DNA of 64,000 bases from Paramoeba atlantica (Eukaryota > Protista > Discosea), in contig CDRNVI010000051.1 of assembly GCA_977017575.1 (NCBI GenBank), positions 124,001 through 188,000 of the forward strand, written 5' to 3'. The stretch's first letter is position 1; every line of letters begins with the position of its first letter. Below, in pieces: positions 21,442 through 32,823 of the stretch. The translations under genes were made by a program, and so were the position numbers. A model generated the notes under the pieces. That model was given only the letters and a program-made list of their open reading frames with translations. It was not told the origin of the DNA and made no database searches.

Positions 21442-22161
21442 TTATGAGAAGTACTTTTTCGCCAGTGGAACAACATTACAGTCTATGATCTGAAACTTAT
21501 CGTCCTGGACGTGAACTTCTGGGTTACCGGATAAATCAAGAGCAATCAATTTACTTGGCAAGGCGTCCAGTCGTACGTAGCCGAAAAACGCGTTATTGGC
21601 CAAGGAGAGATAGCGAAGCATGGGGGGAAGGCACGTTAAATCGGGCGTTCCAATAAAAGCGTTTCTGCTTAGGTAGACACTATCCATGTTTTGAGGTAAA
21701 CATGTCAGGAGAGCTTCGCCAGAGAATTGATTATGCGACAATGTAAGCGTATTCATGGCAGCCGAAAGCAAAGACAAATCAATGCCACGGTGAAAATTGT
21801 TGAAACTCAGATCCAGAACTTCGAGACTACTTGGGAGCCTCTCAATCGGAATGACTCCACCTAAATTGTTGCTCATCAAAATCAGTTTCACTAAAGTGTG
21901 TGGCAAGAACTCCCATTTTAGAAATCCAGAAATCCCTCGATGAGACCACTTAATTTCGGTTACTTGCTCAGATTCATTACACAAGATGCCTTCCCACTGG
22001 CATGCACGGTGACGCACGTTCCATGTTGGATATTTCTGCTGATTTGGGTAATTATCCGCAGCTCGCTGGGTTACGTCCGCTATCCACTTTGTGAGTTGAT
22101 GTTCTTGAGGTGGGAGGTTGCCGCGCACTCTGGCGGCGCGAACAGAGATTCCGGAATCCAT
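21442..22161 (-). CDS. LRR protein (239 aa), close paralog of 31932-32651
   Basis: RAARVRGNLPPQE cap, CQWEGILC, about 5 LRRs. Confidence 0.85.
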   Translation of the reverse strand: MDSGISVRAARVRGNLPPQEHQLTKWIADVTQRAADNYPNQQKYPTWNVRHRACQWEGILCNESEQVTEIKWSHRGISGFLKWEFLPHTLVKLILMSNNLGGVIPIERLPSSLEVLDLSFNNFHRGIDLSLLSAAMNTLTLSHNQFSGEALLTCLPQNMDSVYLSRNAFIGTPDLTCLPPMLRYLSLANNAFFGYVRLDALPSKLIALDLSGNPEVHVQDDKFQIIDCNVVPLAKKYFS

Positions 22162-23196
22162 GGTAAAACTTGAGTGAAGGAAAAGTATATAATATACGGC
22201 CGTATTAAATACTTGGGAAAGATTCTAGATAGTTCAGATTTGCGCTGATTGTATAACTACCGCCCTACCGTCGATTGTAATCGACTATCCCATAATAAAT
22301 ATGGGAATTAAAATTATTAATTCAAAAAATATGTATACAAAGAAAGATATGTCTCGAAGGATATGTATTATACATGAGGGGCTGCGGGTTATTATTCTGA
22401 AACAGCGCGAAACAGCGGTTTGTTTTTCAGACTTGCGTAGGTGATGAAAAGTCTGAAATTTCATGTACAAACTCATAGCATGTACTTAATAAAGTCCGTT
22501 GTGTTCTGTGATAACGTGTATGATTGCATATCATGTGCAAAGTTTATGAGCACGATAAATATTTGGCATATTTGTGAAACTTATTTCATGAAACGCGTAA
22601 CTGTGTTTGACAAGCCAGTAGTCCAGATTTCTCCTGAAGAACCTTCCGAGAAGGTGGCAAGCATCATGGAACGCGTAACCAGAGCCCTGTAATCTTTTTC
22701 TGAGAGAAAGAGGAGCATTGGTAATGTTCCTGTTGGTTCCTCTATCCTTCGTTACACAGTTCTTCTCCTGCAGCACCGAGGACATCTACTACTAGATGTG
22801 CGTCCACGTGAAGTGTACTTTCTGGGCGAGGCTGCCCAAGACATAGAAAGCTACCTTGAGGAGCAACAATTATATGATCCGCGACGAAAAGGCGAGGTGG
22901 GAGACCTTGTCGAGAGCTTGTGGCGCTCGGGGCAACGGTCTCGCGCTTGCGCAGCATGGCGCCAAAATATTATCTCACCTTTCTCGACAAAAATTATCTC
23001 ACCTTTTCTCGAAAAGTAGCGACAGATAACTAGATTACAAATTACTTGAAAAAGTATACCAGATTGACTCGCCGGTGCATCCGAAAAAGAAAGTAAAGTT
23101 CACAATAGTGATAAACCAGCACGCACGGAATCCTTCTAGGCAGGTTCTTTTACGGGGGCCGAGGGTGACTGCACAGTTTATAAACAGTTCACTATA

Positions 23197-23847
23197 CAGT
23201 GGTTTCAAGATATCTCCCCCTCGCGGAAAATTGATTTTTTTAATCCGTTTTCGCTCATTTTTGCAGCATTGGATAGATCTCGTTCTTCTTGTGAAGGGCT
23301 TTGCCGCTCTTTTTTTGTAGGGACCCCCTGGTACCCCCTGCGCTCAAAAAAACATGATTTTTTTAAGACATTTTTCTGGAACACATCCATTTTTTTTAGT
23401 TTTTTTCATCATGAAAACAAGACCAAGCAACCCCAAGCGAGGTGAATACGTTGAGGGATGGAGCGACAAAAGAGAAGACAACCCCCCGATATCTCATAAA
23501 TCTACGCTCTCTGTCCCCCTGTCTGATAGACTGCAAATAATTAAAAAATACAAAAACGGTGTGTCGATTCACAAATTAGCGTCAACTTTTGGACGTGACC
23601 GCCGTACAGTACGAAAATTTATTAACTTGTGGAAAGAAAAAGAAGATTTGTCCCCCCTAAAATCATCTAGTAAAATCGTGTTTTGGCTGTTTTTCAGGTC
23701 ACCATATGAGCACCAGGGGGTCCCTATGAAAAAAAGGCGGCAAAGCTCTTCACCAGGGGAACGAGATCTCTCGTTTGCAACAAAAATCAGCCAAAACGAA
23801 TAAAAAAAATCAAATTTCCGCGGGGGGGAGTTCAATTGAAACCACTG
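23197..23847 (+). mobile_element. Non-autonomous Tc1/mariner derivative with TIRs, TA TSD and residual HTH coding region
   Basis: TA|CAGTGGTTTCAA...TTGAAACCACTG|TA; DRLQIIKKYKNGVSIHKLASTFGRDRRTVRKFI helix-turn-helix. Confidence 0.9.
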
Positions 23848-25023
23848 TAACTACGTAAGCTGTCTTCAATCATTTTGGTAGGATCTGGTGACCAGAGATA
23901 CGTTTCCTGATGTACGTTTCCTGTTCTTTCACGCGTTGCTCAAAAATGGTCGACTGCAGTTACTTCTTAAGCAGCTTGTGAGCACATATTTAACTCCGTA
24001 GACTTTCTGCACTCTGATCTTCACTTAAAACTGAAGCCTGACTTTGTTGGGCTAGAAATTGACATTCGATGTCGTCTAAAACGACCTGTTGGCGTCACAA
24101 ATAGTGATATGAGCGATTCTTCTACTAAATCTTTAGAACAGAGAGCTTCTGTTGACAATGGCCGCTTTGAGGACTCACTACATAAGCAATCAGCCACGAT
24201 ATGCTATCTACAAGCGAGTTGCTTCTCGTAGCTGTTTTCGGAAACTTCTTGCAGAGCCAATGTTTGACGCTGGAAGAATTCAAGATACAACAAACCGATA
24301 CCGCGTTGTGCACCGAAATACAAGACACTATATCCCAAGATGATGACATGTGAAATTAATAGTACTAAGCGAATGAAGTGCAAGACCTCCTGATATGGCG
24401 CGGGAAATTCCACTGGATGTGACCGCAATTCACTCGGGCTTTCGTCTTAAAAGTGCGCCGAAAAATGCACATGCTGTTCGCAGAGATTTCTTTCATAAAA
24501 AATAATCTAACCTGAGATTTTGAGTCCTTGCGTTGAGAATAATTGTGCTTTTTAGGAGACTATAATTAAATTCGTTTGATTCCGACTTTCACCTAGAAAG
24601 TGCACAGAAAAAAAAAACGAGATGTGTGCAGAGCTTTATTTGATAAAATCAATGTAACCTGAGATTTCTCCCGTGCTTTAATAGACGTCGTCAATCATCC
24701 ATAGATAAGAGGATGTCAGAGGTATTAGAGCAAGACAGATACCTGCGACGGTATACCCTGTGACACAACATGGTACGGAAAGAGGTACAAAAGGCTGTGG
24801 AAGAATCACGACACACACAATAATACTATTCATTCGACCAGCAGCGCCTGTTTTCTCAGACTGAAACCTCTTTTCCCAGAACTGACAAATACATAAGTAT
24901 TTGTCGTATGTGAGTAGGGGAGGGGAGGTGACAATTATACATGTACAGGGGTGCGAATCTAAAGGTGGGGGGGTCTAAAATTCGTATTCCGTATTTATTC
25001 TTCTCCTATTTTAAGATACAATC

Positions 25024-26112
25024 TTATCCTTCATATTTCCCTAAGGAGATGAAGTGCCACCCATCCTGGTCAAGCGCATTCCACCACGTGGAGTCCACAA
25101 GTTGCTTCGCTTCTTCCATCGTTTCGATGCTCTTCTGAAGGGACTCAGGCACTGATCCGTTATAGGCGAACCAATCACCAGAAGTTGCGTCATATTTCGC
25201 AAACCGAGTTGGAATAGCACTCAAATCAGTTTTCATCCGAGGAGGGTTTGAAACACAAAGTGCGGATAACTTATGGGGTTTTCGATGCATATCTATATAC
25301 ACGGTAAGGTCGTTCTTAAAAAAAGAGACAAATTTCATGGAATCGGGCAATATTGAAATGTCAATTTCGCCAACAAATTTATTGTCAGCCAGTGCAAGCC
25401 CATTCAGGGAACGCGACATTCTTGAAAAATCGAGCGATCCCGTGAAAGAGTTGTTATACAAGGAGAGGGATTTTAGCGAAGGTGGGAGGTGACTTACCTC
25501 GACCGAACCTTCCAAGCGGTTGCAGTCAAGGGCCAATGCTACAATGGATGCAGGCAACGATGTAAAGCACACAGGACCTGAAAAAGCGTTTTCATACAAA
25601 TATAGAATCTGGATCTGTGAGGGTAAGGCGGTCACATCTAGCCCCCCGGTAAAATGGTTACTATGGCCCCAAAGTCGTGTCAATACTGCGGGAAGATCAT
25701 TAAGAGGAAAGGAACCACTGAGTTGGTTCCAGCCTACACGAAGATCGTTTAGCATATCCATTCGTCCAAGCTCGACCCGGCCGCTGAGGTTGTTTTTATG
25801 AACAAAGCATTTTTCTACGGTGCTGGGGATAAATAAAAAGTTGAGGCGTCCTTGAAGCCCCATTTCATGCCATAGAATTTCAAAGACATCACGATTTGAG
25901 TTTACGCTAATTCCGATCCAGTGCATTGCAGTTCGTTCCACAATCCACGAGGGATCAGGGTTAGAAACGTTGGCCACGAGTCTTGCAAGATTATATTCGG
26001 GTGGCATGACCGACTTGTGCACCTTGCACGGCCGATTAGTGGATCTCTCCGAAGCAGAAAAGAGTGTTAATTTGAAAATGTTGCCGAACATTTTCATCTT
26101 GACCGGTATCAT
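25024..26112 (-). CDS. LRR protein (362 aa), close paralog of 16659-17747
   Basis: Same length, colinear, near-identical C-terminal domain. Confidence 0.85.
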   Translation of the reverse strand: MIPVKMKMFGNIFKLTLFSASERSTNRPCKVHKSVMPPEYNLARLVANVSNPDPSWIVERTAMHWIGISVNSNRDVFEILWHEMGLQGRLNFLFIPSTVEKCFVHKNNLSGRVELGRMDMLNDLRVGWNQLSGSFPLNDLPAVLTRLWGHSNHFTGGLDVTALPSQIQILYLYENAFSGPVCFTSLPASIVALALDCNRLEGSVEVSHLPPSLKSLSLYNNSFTGSLDFSRMSRSLNGLALADNKFVGEIDISILPDSMKFVSFFKNDLTVYIDMHRKPHKLSALCVSNPPRMKTDLSAIPTRFAKYDATSGDWFAYNGSVPESLQKSIETMEEAKQLVDSTWWNALDQDGWHFISLGKYEG

Positions 26113-26922
26113 GTCACAGGAATACGATTACTTAACTACTTACATCTAAGTAGCACTACTAAGTACTAGACTAGCACTACTAAGTACTAACTACTTAATT
26201 ACTACTACAAGCTATACCACCGCAGTAATATCGGCACTTCCGCCGGCAGAAGAGGTTACAGTTCAAGTGTATTGATTTATGTATTGAGTTCGGTGGGGTG
26301 TAGCAAAAATCCATTATTTCATAGACGGAAGGTCATGAAAGTGAAGGATGAAGATAGGTGGAAGGTCAGGAAAATGTGGTTCACCGACGGGAATGGGTGA
26401 AAGCATAAAAGCGCGAGAGGAGTGTTCTGGGGGGAGAGGTGGAGAAGAAATCTCAACTGGTATGCTCTTTAGCCGAGAAGTGCAACATAAAGTTGGAATT
26501 GCAACAGAAAGGTGAACGACAACGACGTGCTACTAATAATTTTTGAAGACATTCATGATTTTTGCGATTGCACTTAAAGGAAGGACATGTTATATTAAGT
26601 TTTTTAGTAAGTGCCAACTTTACTGAGTAGTGACTAACTTTACGTTTTTTATGCATAAAACTGAAAATGGGGTATACGTCAAAGAGAGGAAATTCAACCC
26701 TTTGACTTAACGTCAAAAACCGAAAAAGAGGGAAAAGTCAGGGGGGGGGACATCAGTCAGGGAGGAGGTGTAGCGTTGATGAAGGTGCAGAGTCGTGCGT
26801 ATTTTTTAACCTATGAAGACAAAATTAGGAACCTAATCTTAAATTTATCCTTTACGTATTCCTTTAACTACTTTTTTTACGAAATGTTTCTTAAAAAGCA
26901 AATTCTCCTTTGCCTCAACGGA

Positions 26923-29910
26923 TTACAGAGCAACATTTTCCGCATTCTCAAAGCCGTCTACTTCTATTCGCGAATCTCTATTCGGACATTTGCGTCCTCT
27001 CTTTTTTCTAGCATCCTCTTTTGCGCGAAGCTCGCCCATTATCTCATCATGCGACTTCACGTCCTCCGCGCATTCCTTGCAGCAAAGTCTGTTCTGATAC
27101 GCAACCCGTAACTGATTAAAATCTCGAGGAAATCTATACTGGTCCTCATTTTCTTTGACGACGGAGCTGAATCTTGATAAAATTTTCGACCAAGGTATGT
27201 GCCTCGAAGATTTTTCGCGCACTTCATCGATGACACATTGCAGGAGCAAGCGCACTTCAAGGGGATTGAATTTCACGATCACGTTTCTGTGGCGAGGGTC
27301 AATTCTTGGAGCATGTAAATGTGTTGCCAGTTGACATGCGTTGCTATTTCCTGTCGCGGTAAAATGTTGTACAGGTAAGTCATCAACCATTATAATATCC
27401 TCGTGCGCCCCCAAACCTACCTCAAAATCTGTATCAAAAGTTTTAAATATTCCTGCACCAGGGATATCAAGTACGCAAACACCGCATATTCTGTGCCTCT
27501 GCGGAGTTGGTGATACGGAATCGAAAGGAACCACTAGATATGGTACGTGTGAAAGCTCGTGTAGAACGAATACAGTGCTTGAAATGACATTGGCAAGAGA
27601 GCGAACTAGGGGAAGAAATACTTGCCCGTGCGAAACCTTGGTTATAACTTCCTCGACGTCGTTCTCAGGCTTGCTCAAGTGTTCAAGAACTCGTTCGAAC
27701 GTCGTATCCTTGTCCACCCGCGATGTATCGCACCGCAGAATACAGGGATCTCCCGCACACAAGTATTCAAGTGTGCTCATCATTGACGCTGCGGTGCACT
27801 CTCCACCTAGGAAACGCACCTTTTCCTCGTGCTTAGTTGGTGTAGCAGAAAGTGCGAAGTTAAATTCCACATCGTCTTTGCCAAGAAATACGGGCTCGCA
27901 ACCAAACTTATTTTGCGCCCAGCTGCGAACATTACTCAGCTGTTTGTCAGACAAGGAATGCGGGATAAGTGCATATCCATCCCCAGATTGAACAGGGCGA
28001 ACATATTGTGTGAAAAACAGTTCATGAGTCGTTAGTTGTTTCGCCACAGGGAGAAGTGCAAAAGGACTATTACATAATCTTGCATCGTCCGCCCCCAGGA
28101 AGAGAGAAGAGAAGGTTTCTTTCAAAGTTCGAAACAACGGAGCGTCGAAATACATCATATCCGGCGCTGATTTGAATCTCACAGCACATTTCACATTACT
28201 TCGATAAATAAAGCTCCTTGTCAGCGCGTCTACAGTTTCTGCTGAGCTACGCGCGCGAAGCTTCACTTTAGCTTTCAAACGAGAATGAAAACTTTCACAA
28301 ATGTTGATTCCTCGGCTGGAACGATACACCATATTCTTATCCACGCGCGTCAAATTCACATCTGTAGGGTCACTGAGGCAGTCCCGCTCGATGTGGGCTA
28401 TTGCGTACGGCCAGAGAGAAGCCAACTTGGGGTTCCATGTAAAGATGTCCGAATATTTTTCCTTCAGGAGTTCCATTTTAGAAAGCAATTTTGCCGGACG
28501 TGGAATAATTTTCTCATGCGCATCAAGATGTTCCTTTTTTGACAAAGCGATAGTAAGAGGCTCTACTACAGATCGGCAAAGCTCGGTGTAAAACATTTTC
28601 TGCCGATTTGATGCTGAAGTGCGTGGGATAACAGCTGCGAAACGGTGCAGCCAATGCCATAAATCGCATTTAATATGTGCAGATGGAAAGTGGCGTTGTA
28701 TTTTAGAACGTACTGTGCAACAGTTGTCAACCATTGCTTTGCTTCCTGGACGTGATGCTATGTTTGAAAGAACATTGTGCAAAGTGTCAAAACTTTCATT
28801 TCGAGTGTATACGGCAGCCAAAATCTCACCAATTTCATTGTGAACAACAAAGTGAGAACGAAACGGTGCTTCCCCACGCAGTCGAATGCACTTTGCGGTC
28901 TCGAAAGTATAATCCATTGCAAGCACTGTACCAGTCAGCTCGGACATATAGTTGTCACACTCCACCTGGCGCTGCTGGAGTAATGAAATCAAAACATCCT
29001 GAAAATGATCCACTGATGGAGTCATCCATTCTTGTGAAATTCGATTTGAAATCGCTTCCACGCAACTAGGATCCCAGCGAAATCCAAATTTTTCCGTGTG
29101 CTTTAATTCAAAAATGTGTCTTTCATCGCGCTTATTACTCAGATACTGCAACGTCCGCTGATGGTAATCGACGGCATACACTTCTTGCAAAATACCTTGA
29201 AATTCACTCATATTAGAACCACTAGTTCCTATTGCCATAATGGCCGTTGAAAGTCGTCTAGTCATCCCCAATTTCTCAGTTTTAATAATAGGAAAGGAAT
29301 TTCGTGCCTTGTGGGACAGGCTGGAAATTAAGCTCTTTTCATCACTTGATATTACCTTACGACACTCAGTGCTACGACATTGATACACTTCACAAAGATA
29401 GTACATTGGTGTCGAAAGATCAAAAATCCGACGCACAGGAGAAAGCTTCATGAAAGTCAATCGCTCTTTGCAATGAAGACAGTGTAGGTTTTCTTTTTCG
29501 CCTTGGCGCATGGGCGCCCATATGATCCATGGCAAGGCAAAAAACGTTTCCAATGAACTCCTAGGCTCCGGAGAAAAGAACCAAAGGGAAGTACATGTAG
29601 TTTTTGTTTTTAATTCTTCGTATGCTCTTCGAATTGCCGTGACTTGATGTGAAGACATTCCTGTTTCGAGCAAATGTGTCCAATATTTTGTCACTTCTGT
29701 TCGTTCGTGTGTGGTTTCTTCTGGGCGAGAAGCGAACCGGCAAAGCTCCGAATTTTCGGCTACTACACGCGAAAGGGTGGTTGAAAGTTCGTTGTTCCTT
29801 TTTTCCATGTCCTCAATTTGTGTTTCTAGCTTTTTGATGCTTCCCGTAAGTTGCTTCTTTTCCTTGGCCATTGTTTGGATGACGTTCAGTAGGTCCGTTT
29901 CACAAGACAT
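26923..29910 (-). CDS. Intact 995-aa Mutator-like DDE transposase or derived protein (DUF6729-like N-terminal region, C-terminal Myb/SANT-like helices)
   Basis: HCLHC..YQC....C Zn region, AMDYTF, VDNCC, CDLWHW (DxxH signature), SRGINICESFH; no TIRs found. Confidence 0.65.
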   Translation of the reverse strand: MSCETDLLNVIQTMAKEKKQLTGSIKKLETQIEDMEKRNNELSTTLSRVVAENSELCRFASRPEETTHERTEVTKYWTHLLETGMSSHQVTAIRRAYEELKTKTTCTSLWFFSPEPRSSLETFFALPWIIWAPMRQGEKENLHCLHCKERLTFMKLSPVRRIFDLSTPMYYLCEVYQCRSTECRKVISSDEKSLISSLSHKARNSFPIIKTEKLGMTRRLSTAIMAIGTSGSNMSEFQGILQEVYAVDYHQRTLQYLSNKRDERHIFELKHTEKFGFRWDPSCVEAISNRISQEWMTPSVDHFQDVLISLLQQRQVECDNYMSELTGTVLAMDYTFETAKCIRLRGEAPFRSHFVVHNEIGEILAAVYTRNESFDTLHNVLSNIASRPGSKAMVDNCCTVRSKIQRHFPSAHIKCDLWHWLHRFAAVIPRTSASNRQKMFYTELCRSVVEPLTIALSKKEHLDAHEKIIPRPAKLLSKMELLKEKYSDIFTWNPKLASLWPYAIAHIERDCLSDPTDVNLTRVDKNMVYRSSRGINICESFHSRLKAKVKLRARSSAETVDALTRSFIYRSNVKCAVRFKSAPDMMYFDAPLFRTLKETFSSLFLGADDARLCNSPFALLPVAKQLTTHELFFTQYVRPVQSGDGYALIPHSLSDKQLSNVRSWAQNKFGCEPVFLGKDDVEFNFALSATPTKHEEKVRFLGGECTAASMMSTLEYLCAGDPCILRCDTSRVDKDTTFERVLEHLSKPENDVEEVITKVSHGQVFLPLVRSLANVISSTVFVLHELSHVPYLVVPFDSVSPTPQRHRICGVCVLDIPGAGIFKTFDTDFEVGLGAHEDIIMVDDLPVQHFTATGNSNACQLATHLHAPRIDPRHRNVIVKFNPLEVRLLLQCVIDEVREKSSRHIPWSKILSRFSSVVKENEDQYRFPRDFNQLRVAYQNRLCCKECAEDVKSHDEIMGELRAKEDARKKRGRKCPNRDSRIEVDGFENAENVAL

Positions 29911-31246
29911 GACTTAAATAATCAGAAATCTAGAAATGATTTTTAGAGTACCAGGAAGGTTCAATAGTTTTGTTTGTAAAGTGATCATCTTGAACAGTCA
30001 GGGTACAATAGCTGAGGCTTTAAACTCTCAAACATGTACTAGAAATCGTTTCTGGGAAAACAATTTTGACGAAATCAAAAAAAATTATTGGACTACAAAA
30101 AAATTAGGTATGAAGTTCAGACTCAATAGTACACAAGTTTCATAGGAACTATTAAGTTCAGACTCAATAATAGAAACACACTTCAGTTACTATTGAGTTT
30201 ACTATTGAGTTTTAGCAATCCAGATGCGTGCAACTCAATAGAGAACTCACTAGTGACTCTTCAACCCAATAGTTGCTGTCACTATGGCGGAACTAACGTA
30301 ATATCAGAAATTCTAGAGATCTCACTATCACGCTATGGACGATATCACACCCCCCGCCCCCCAGGGCATAAAACTCAAAAATCACACCGAAAAGCAAAAT
30401 TACCCCAAGGGCTTTACTTTACGAACCTGCTCTAATTTTGTACATATTAAAGGGGGAAGGGAGAGGGGCGCATAGTAAAGGGGGGTCACAGTATGCTGAT
30501 AGGATGCTGATAAAAGAATCCTCTTTAAAAGATCATGACGAACGCGATCGAGTAATATATGCCCTACAAATTTTATTTTAATTCTAATACCGGTATCGAT
30601 GAAAAAGGTGATTTTTCCAAAATATTTTACTCCTGTCCCCTCAATTAAGCGCACTGGGTCAGTCCCCCCAGTTTAAGAGCACATTTTGGAAACGAGTTTT
30701 TCGCTGTCAAAGCGCAGACATGGGCGCCGCGAATTTTCGAAAAGCCTCCGCGCTTCTCGATATATTTTGACTATTTTCTCGTGCGCTGATTGACTTATTG
30801 TGTATTTTATCTTTATTGAAGCTTGTATCATAATTAATTATTTTCATCTTCACTTAGCTTTACATTTTGTAGAATCGATTTCTCTCTTTCTTTTTTGAAC
30901 AATGCCCACCCTTGATTCATGGATAACCTTTCAGCGTCCATTGCCGAGGGTTGATGAAGTCGTTGTACGAAGTCAAAGCTCATCCAATCTAGCAGAACCC
31001 TCGTCTCCAAGGGAAATCACTGATTCAACCACGAATTCCTAGAGGTCCTGCTACCCATCCCCCCACAATGCAAGATCGCTTGGAGATTTGCCGCTCCCCT
31101 CTAAGCGTAACTCAGCTGTGTCACAAATATGAAACAACAAGATGGACTATTATGAGGACGAAGAGCAATGGTGAGACTCACTACCAGGCTCACATAACGA
31201 TCCGTATCATCGATAACGATACTATCGATAACGATCCTACCGTATA

Positions 31247-31583
31247 CCCCCCGCAGTAAGGTACCGCCCAGTAAGAGAGATTTGGCCCTTTTTGGGCTGA
31301 CCCCCAGTAAGTGAGATTTGGATCGGAACCCCACTGGAGGCGTACACACGGTGTATAGGACGTAGGGGGTGAGTGTCCGCATGTCGTGGGCCTCGGGGGT
31401 AACCCAACTAAGCGTTTTAACACGTTTTCAGAAGGTGTTTTTCAGAAGCAAAAGCAAAGTTTTTCAGAAGCAAAAATAGAAACAAAAGTTGGAGGAGAAG
31501 ATATAACTGGCCAAAAAAGAACACCCCCCAGTAAGAGAGATTTGGCCATTTTGATCAAAATCCATTCTCGTACTGGGGGTGGG
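31247..31583. mobile_element. MITE-like element, CCCCCAGTAA family
   Basis: Repeated CCCCCAGTAAG(A/T)GAGATTTGG motifs shared with 33981-34278; inverted TACTGGGGG at the right end. Confidence 0.55.
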
Positions 31584-31931
31584 TATAGGGGTACTAGGGG
31601 GTGGGTATGACATGAATAATCATGTAGCTGCGAAGGTTGATCGTATCGGGACACTGCATGCTTTGAAGTTGTTAGACTACTATAGTATACGAAACTTATC
31701 TTGCTCCAAGTTATAAAAAATTGCCTTACGCGATGGAGGAATCCCGAAGATCTCGGGATACTGAAATTCAAAGAGGATATCGTTCTCCGTTACAATCGAC
31801 AACAAAACACCAATCGACAGAAAAATACGCCTTTTCTTTTTTAGCATTCCAACGCAGAAAGAGGCCTCACAGTGCCTTTTTTGGGGACGTAGTGCCGGAT
31901 ATCTATGGGGGTTAACGGCAATCCCATATCA

Positions 31932-32651
31932 TTATGAGAAGTATTTTTTCGCCAGTGGAACAACATTACAGTCTATGATCTGAAACTTGTCGTCCTGGAC
32001 GTGAACTTCTGGGTTACCGGATAAATCAAGAACAATCAATTCGTTTGGCAAGGCGTCCAGTCGTACGTAGCCGGAAAACTTATTCTCGGCCAAGGAGAGA
32101 TAGCGAAGCATGGGGGGAAGGCACGTTAAATCGGGCGTTTCCTTAAAACGGTTTCGGTCTAGGTGGACGCGCTCTAGGTTTTGGGGTAAACATGTAAGGA
32201 GCGCTTTTCCTGAAAACTCATTGTGTGACAACCGAAGTGTCTTCAAGGCAGTGGGAAGGAGCGTCAAATCAAAATGGTGGTTAAAAAAGTTAAAGCTGAG
32301 ATCCAGAACCTCCAACCCGTTTGGGAAAGAGCGACTCAGTATATCGCCACCTAAATAGTTGTTCAACAAATGCAGTTCCACCAAAGTATGTGGTAAGAAC
32401 TCCCATTTCAGAAATCCAGAAATCCCTCGATGAGACCACTTAATTTCGGTTACTTGCTCGGATTCATTACACACGATGCCTTCCCACTGGCATGCACGGT
32501 GACGCACGTTCCATGTTGGATATTTCTGCTGATTTGGGTAATTATCCGCAGCTCGCTGGGTTACGTCCGCTATCCACTTGGTGAGTTGAAGTTCTTGAGG
32601 AGGGAGATTGCCGCGTACTCTGGCGGCACGAACAGACATTCCGGAATCCAT
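31932..32651 (-). CDS. LRR protein (239 aa), close paralog of 21442-22161
   Basis: Near-identical N- and C-termini, diverged central repeats. Confidence 0.85.
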   Translation of the reverse strand: MDSGMSVRAARVRGNLPPQELQLTKWIADVTQRAADNYPNQQKYPTWNVRHRACQWEGIVCNESEQVTEIKWSHRGISGFLKWEFLPHTLVELHLLNNYLGGDILSRSFPNGLEVLDLSFNFFNHHFDLTLLPTALKTLRLSHNEFSGKALLTCLPQNLERVHLDRNRFKETPDLTCLPPMLRYLSLAENKFSGYVRLDALPNELIVLDLSGNPEVHVQDDKFQIIDCNVVPLAKKYFS

Positions 32652-32823
32652 AAAAAAATGATTTATATAGGAAAACGTCTGGTTTGGGGTTTGAAACGTG
32701 ATATTAAATGGAAACTCTGTGACCGTTTTTTAAACTTTCCATTTTATAGTCTAAGGGACTATGTTTTCCGGTTAAAGGTAAGGTGAATAGAACCCAGCAG
32801 TCTTTTCCTCTTTCACTTCCTTA

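Noticed and set aside
22441-22960. Short ORFs at 22.4-23.0, 24.1-24.4, 56.8-57.1 and 60.1-60.5 kb
   Set aside because: No recognisable motifs or coding signal; left unannotated.
27341-27991. 216-aa plus-strand ORF
   Set aside because: Antisense shadow of the 995-aa gene.
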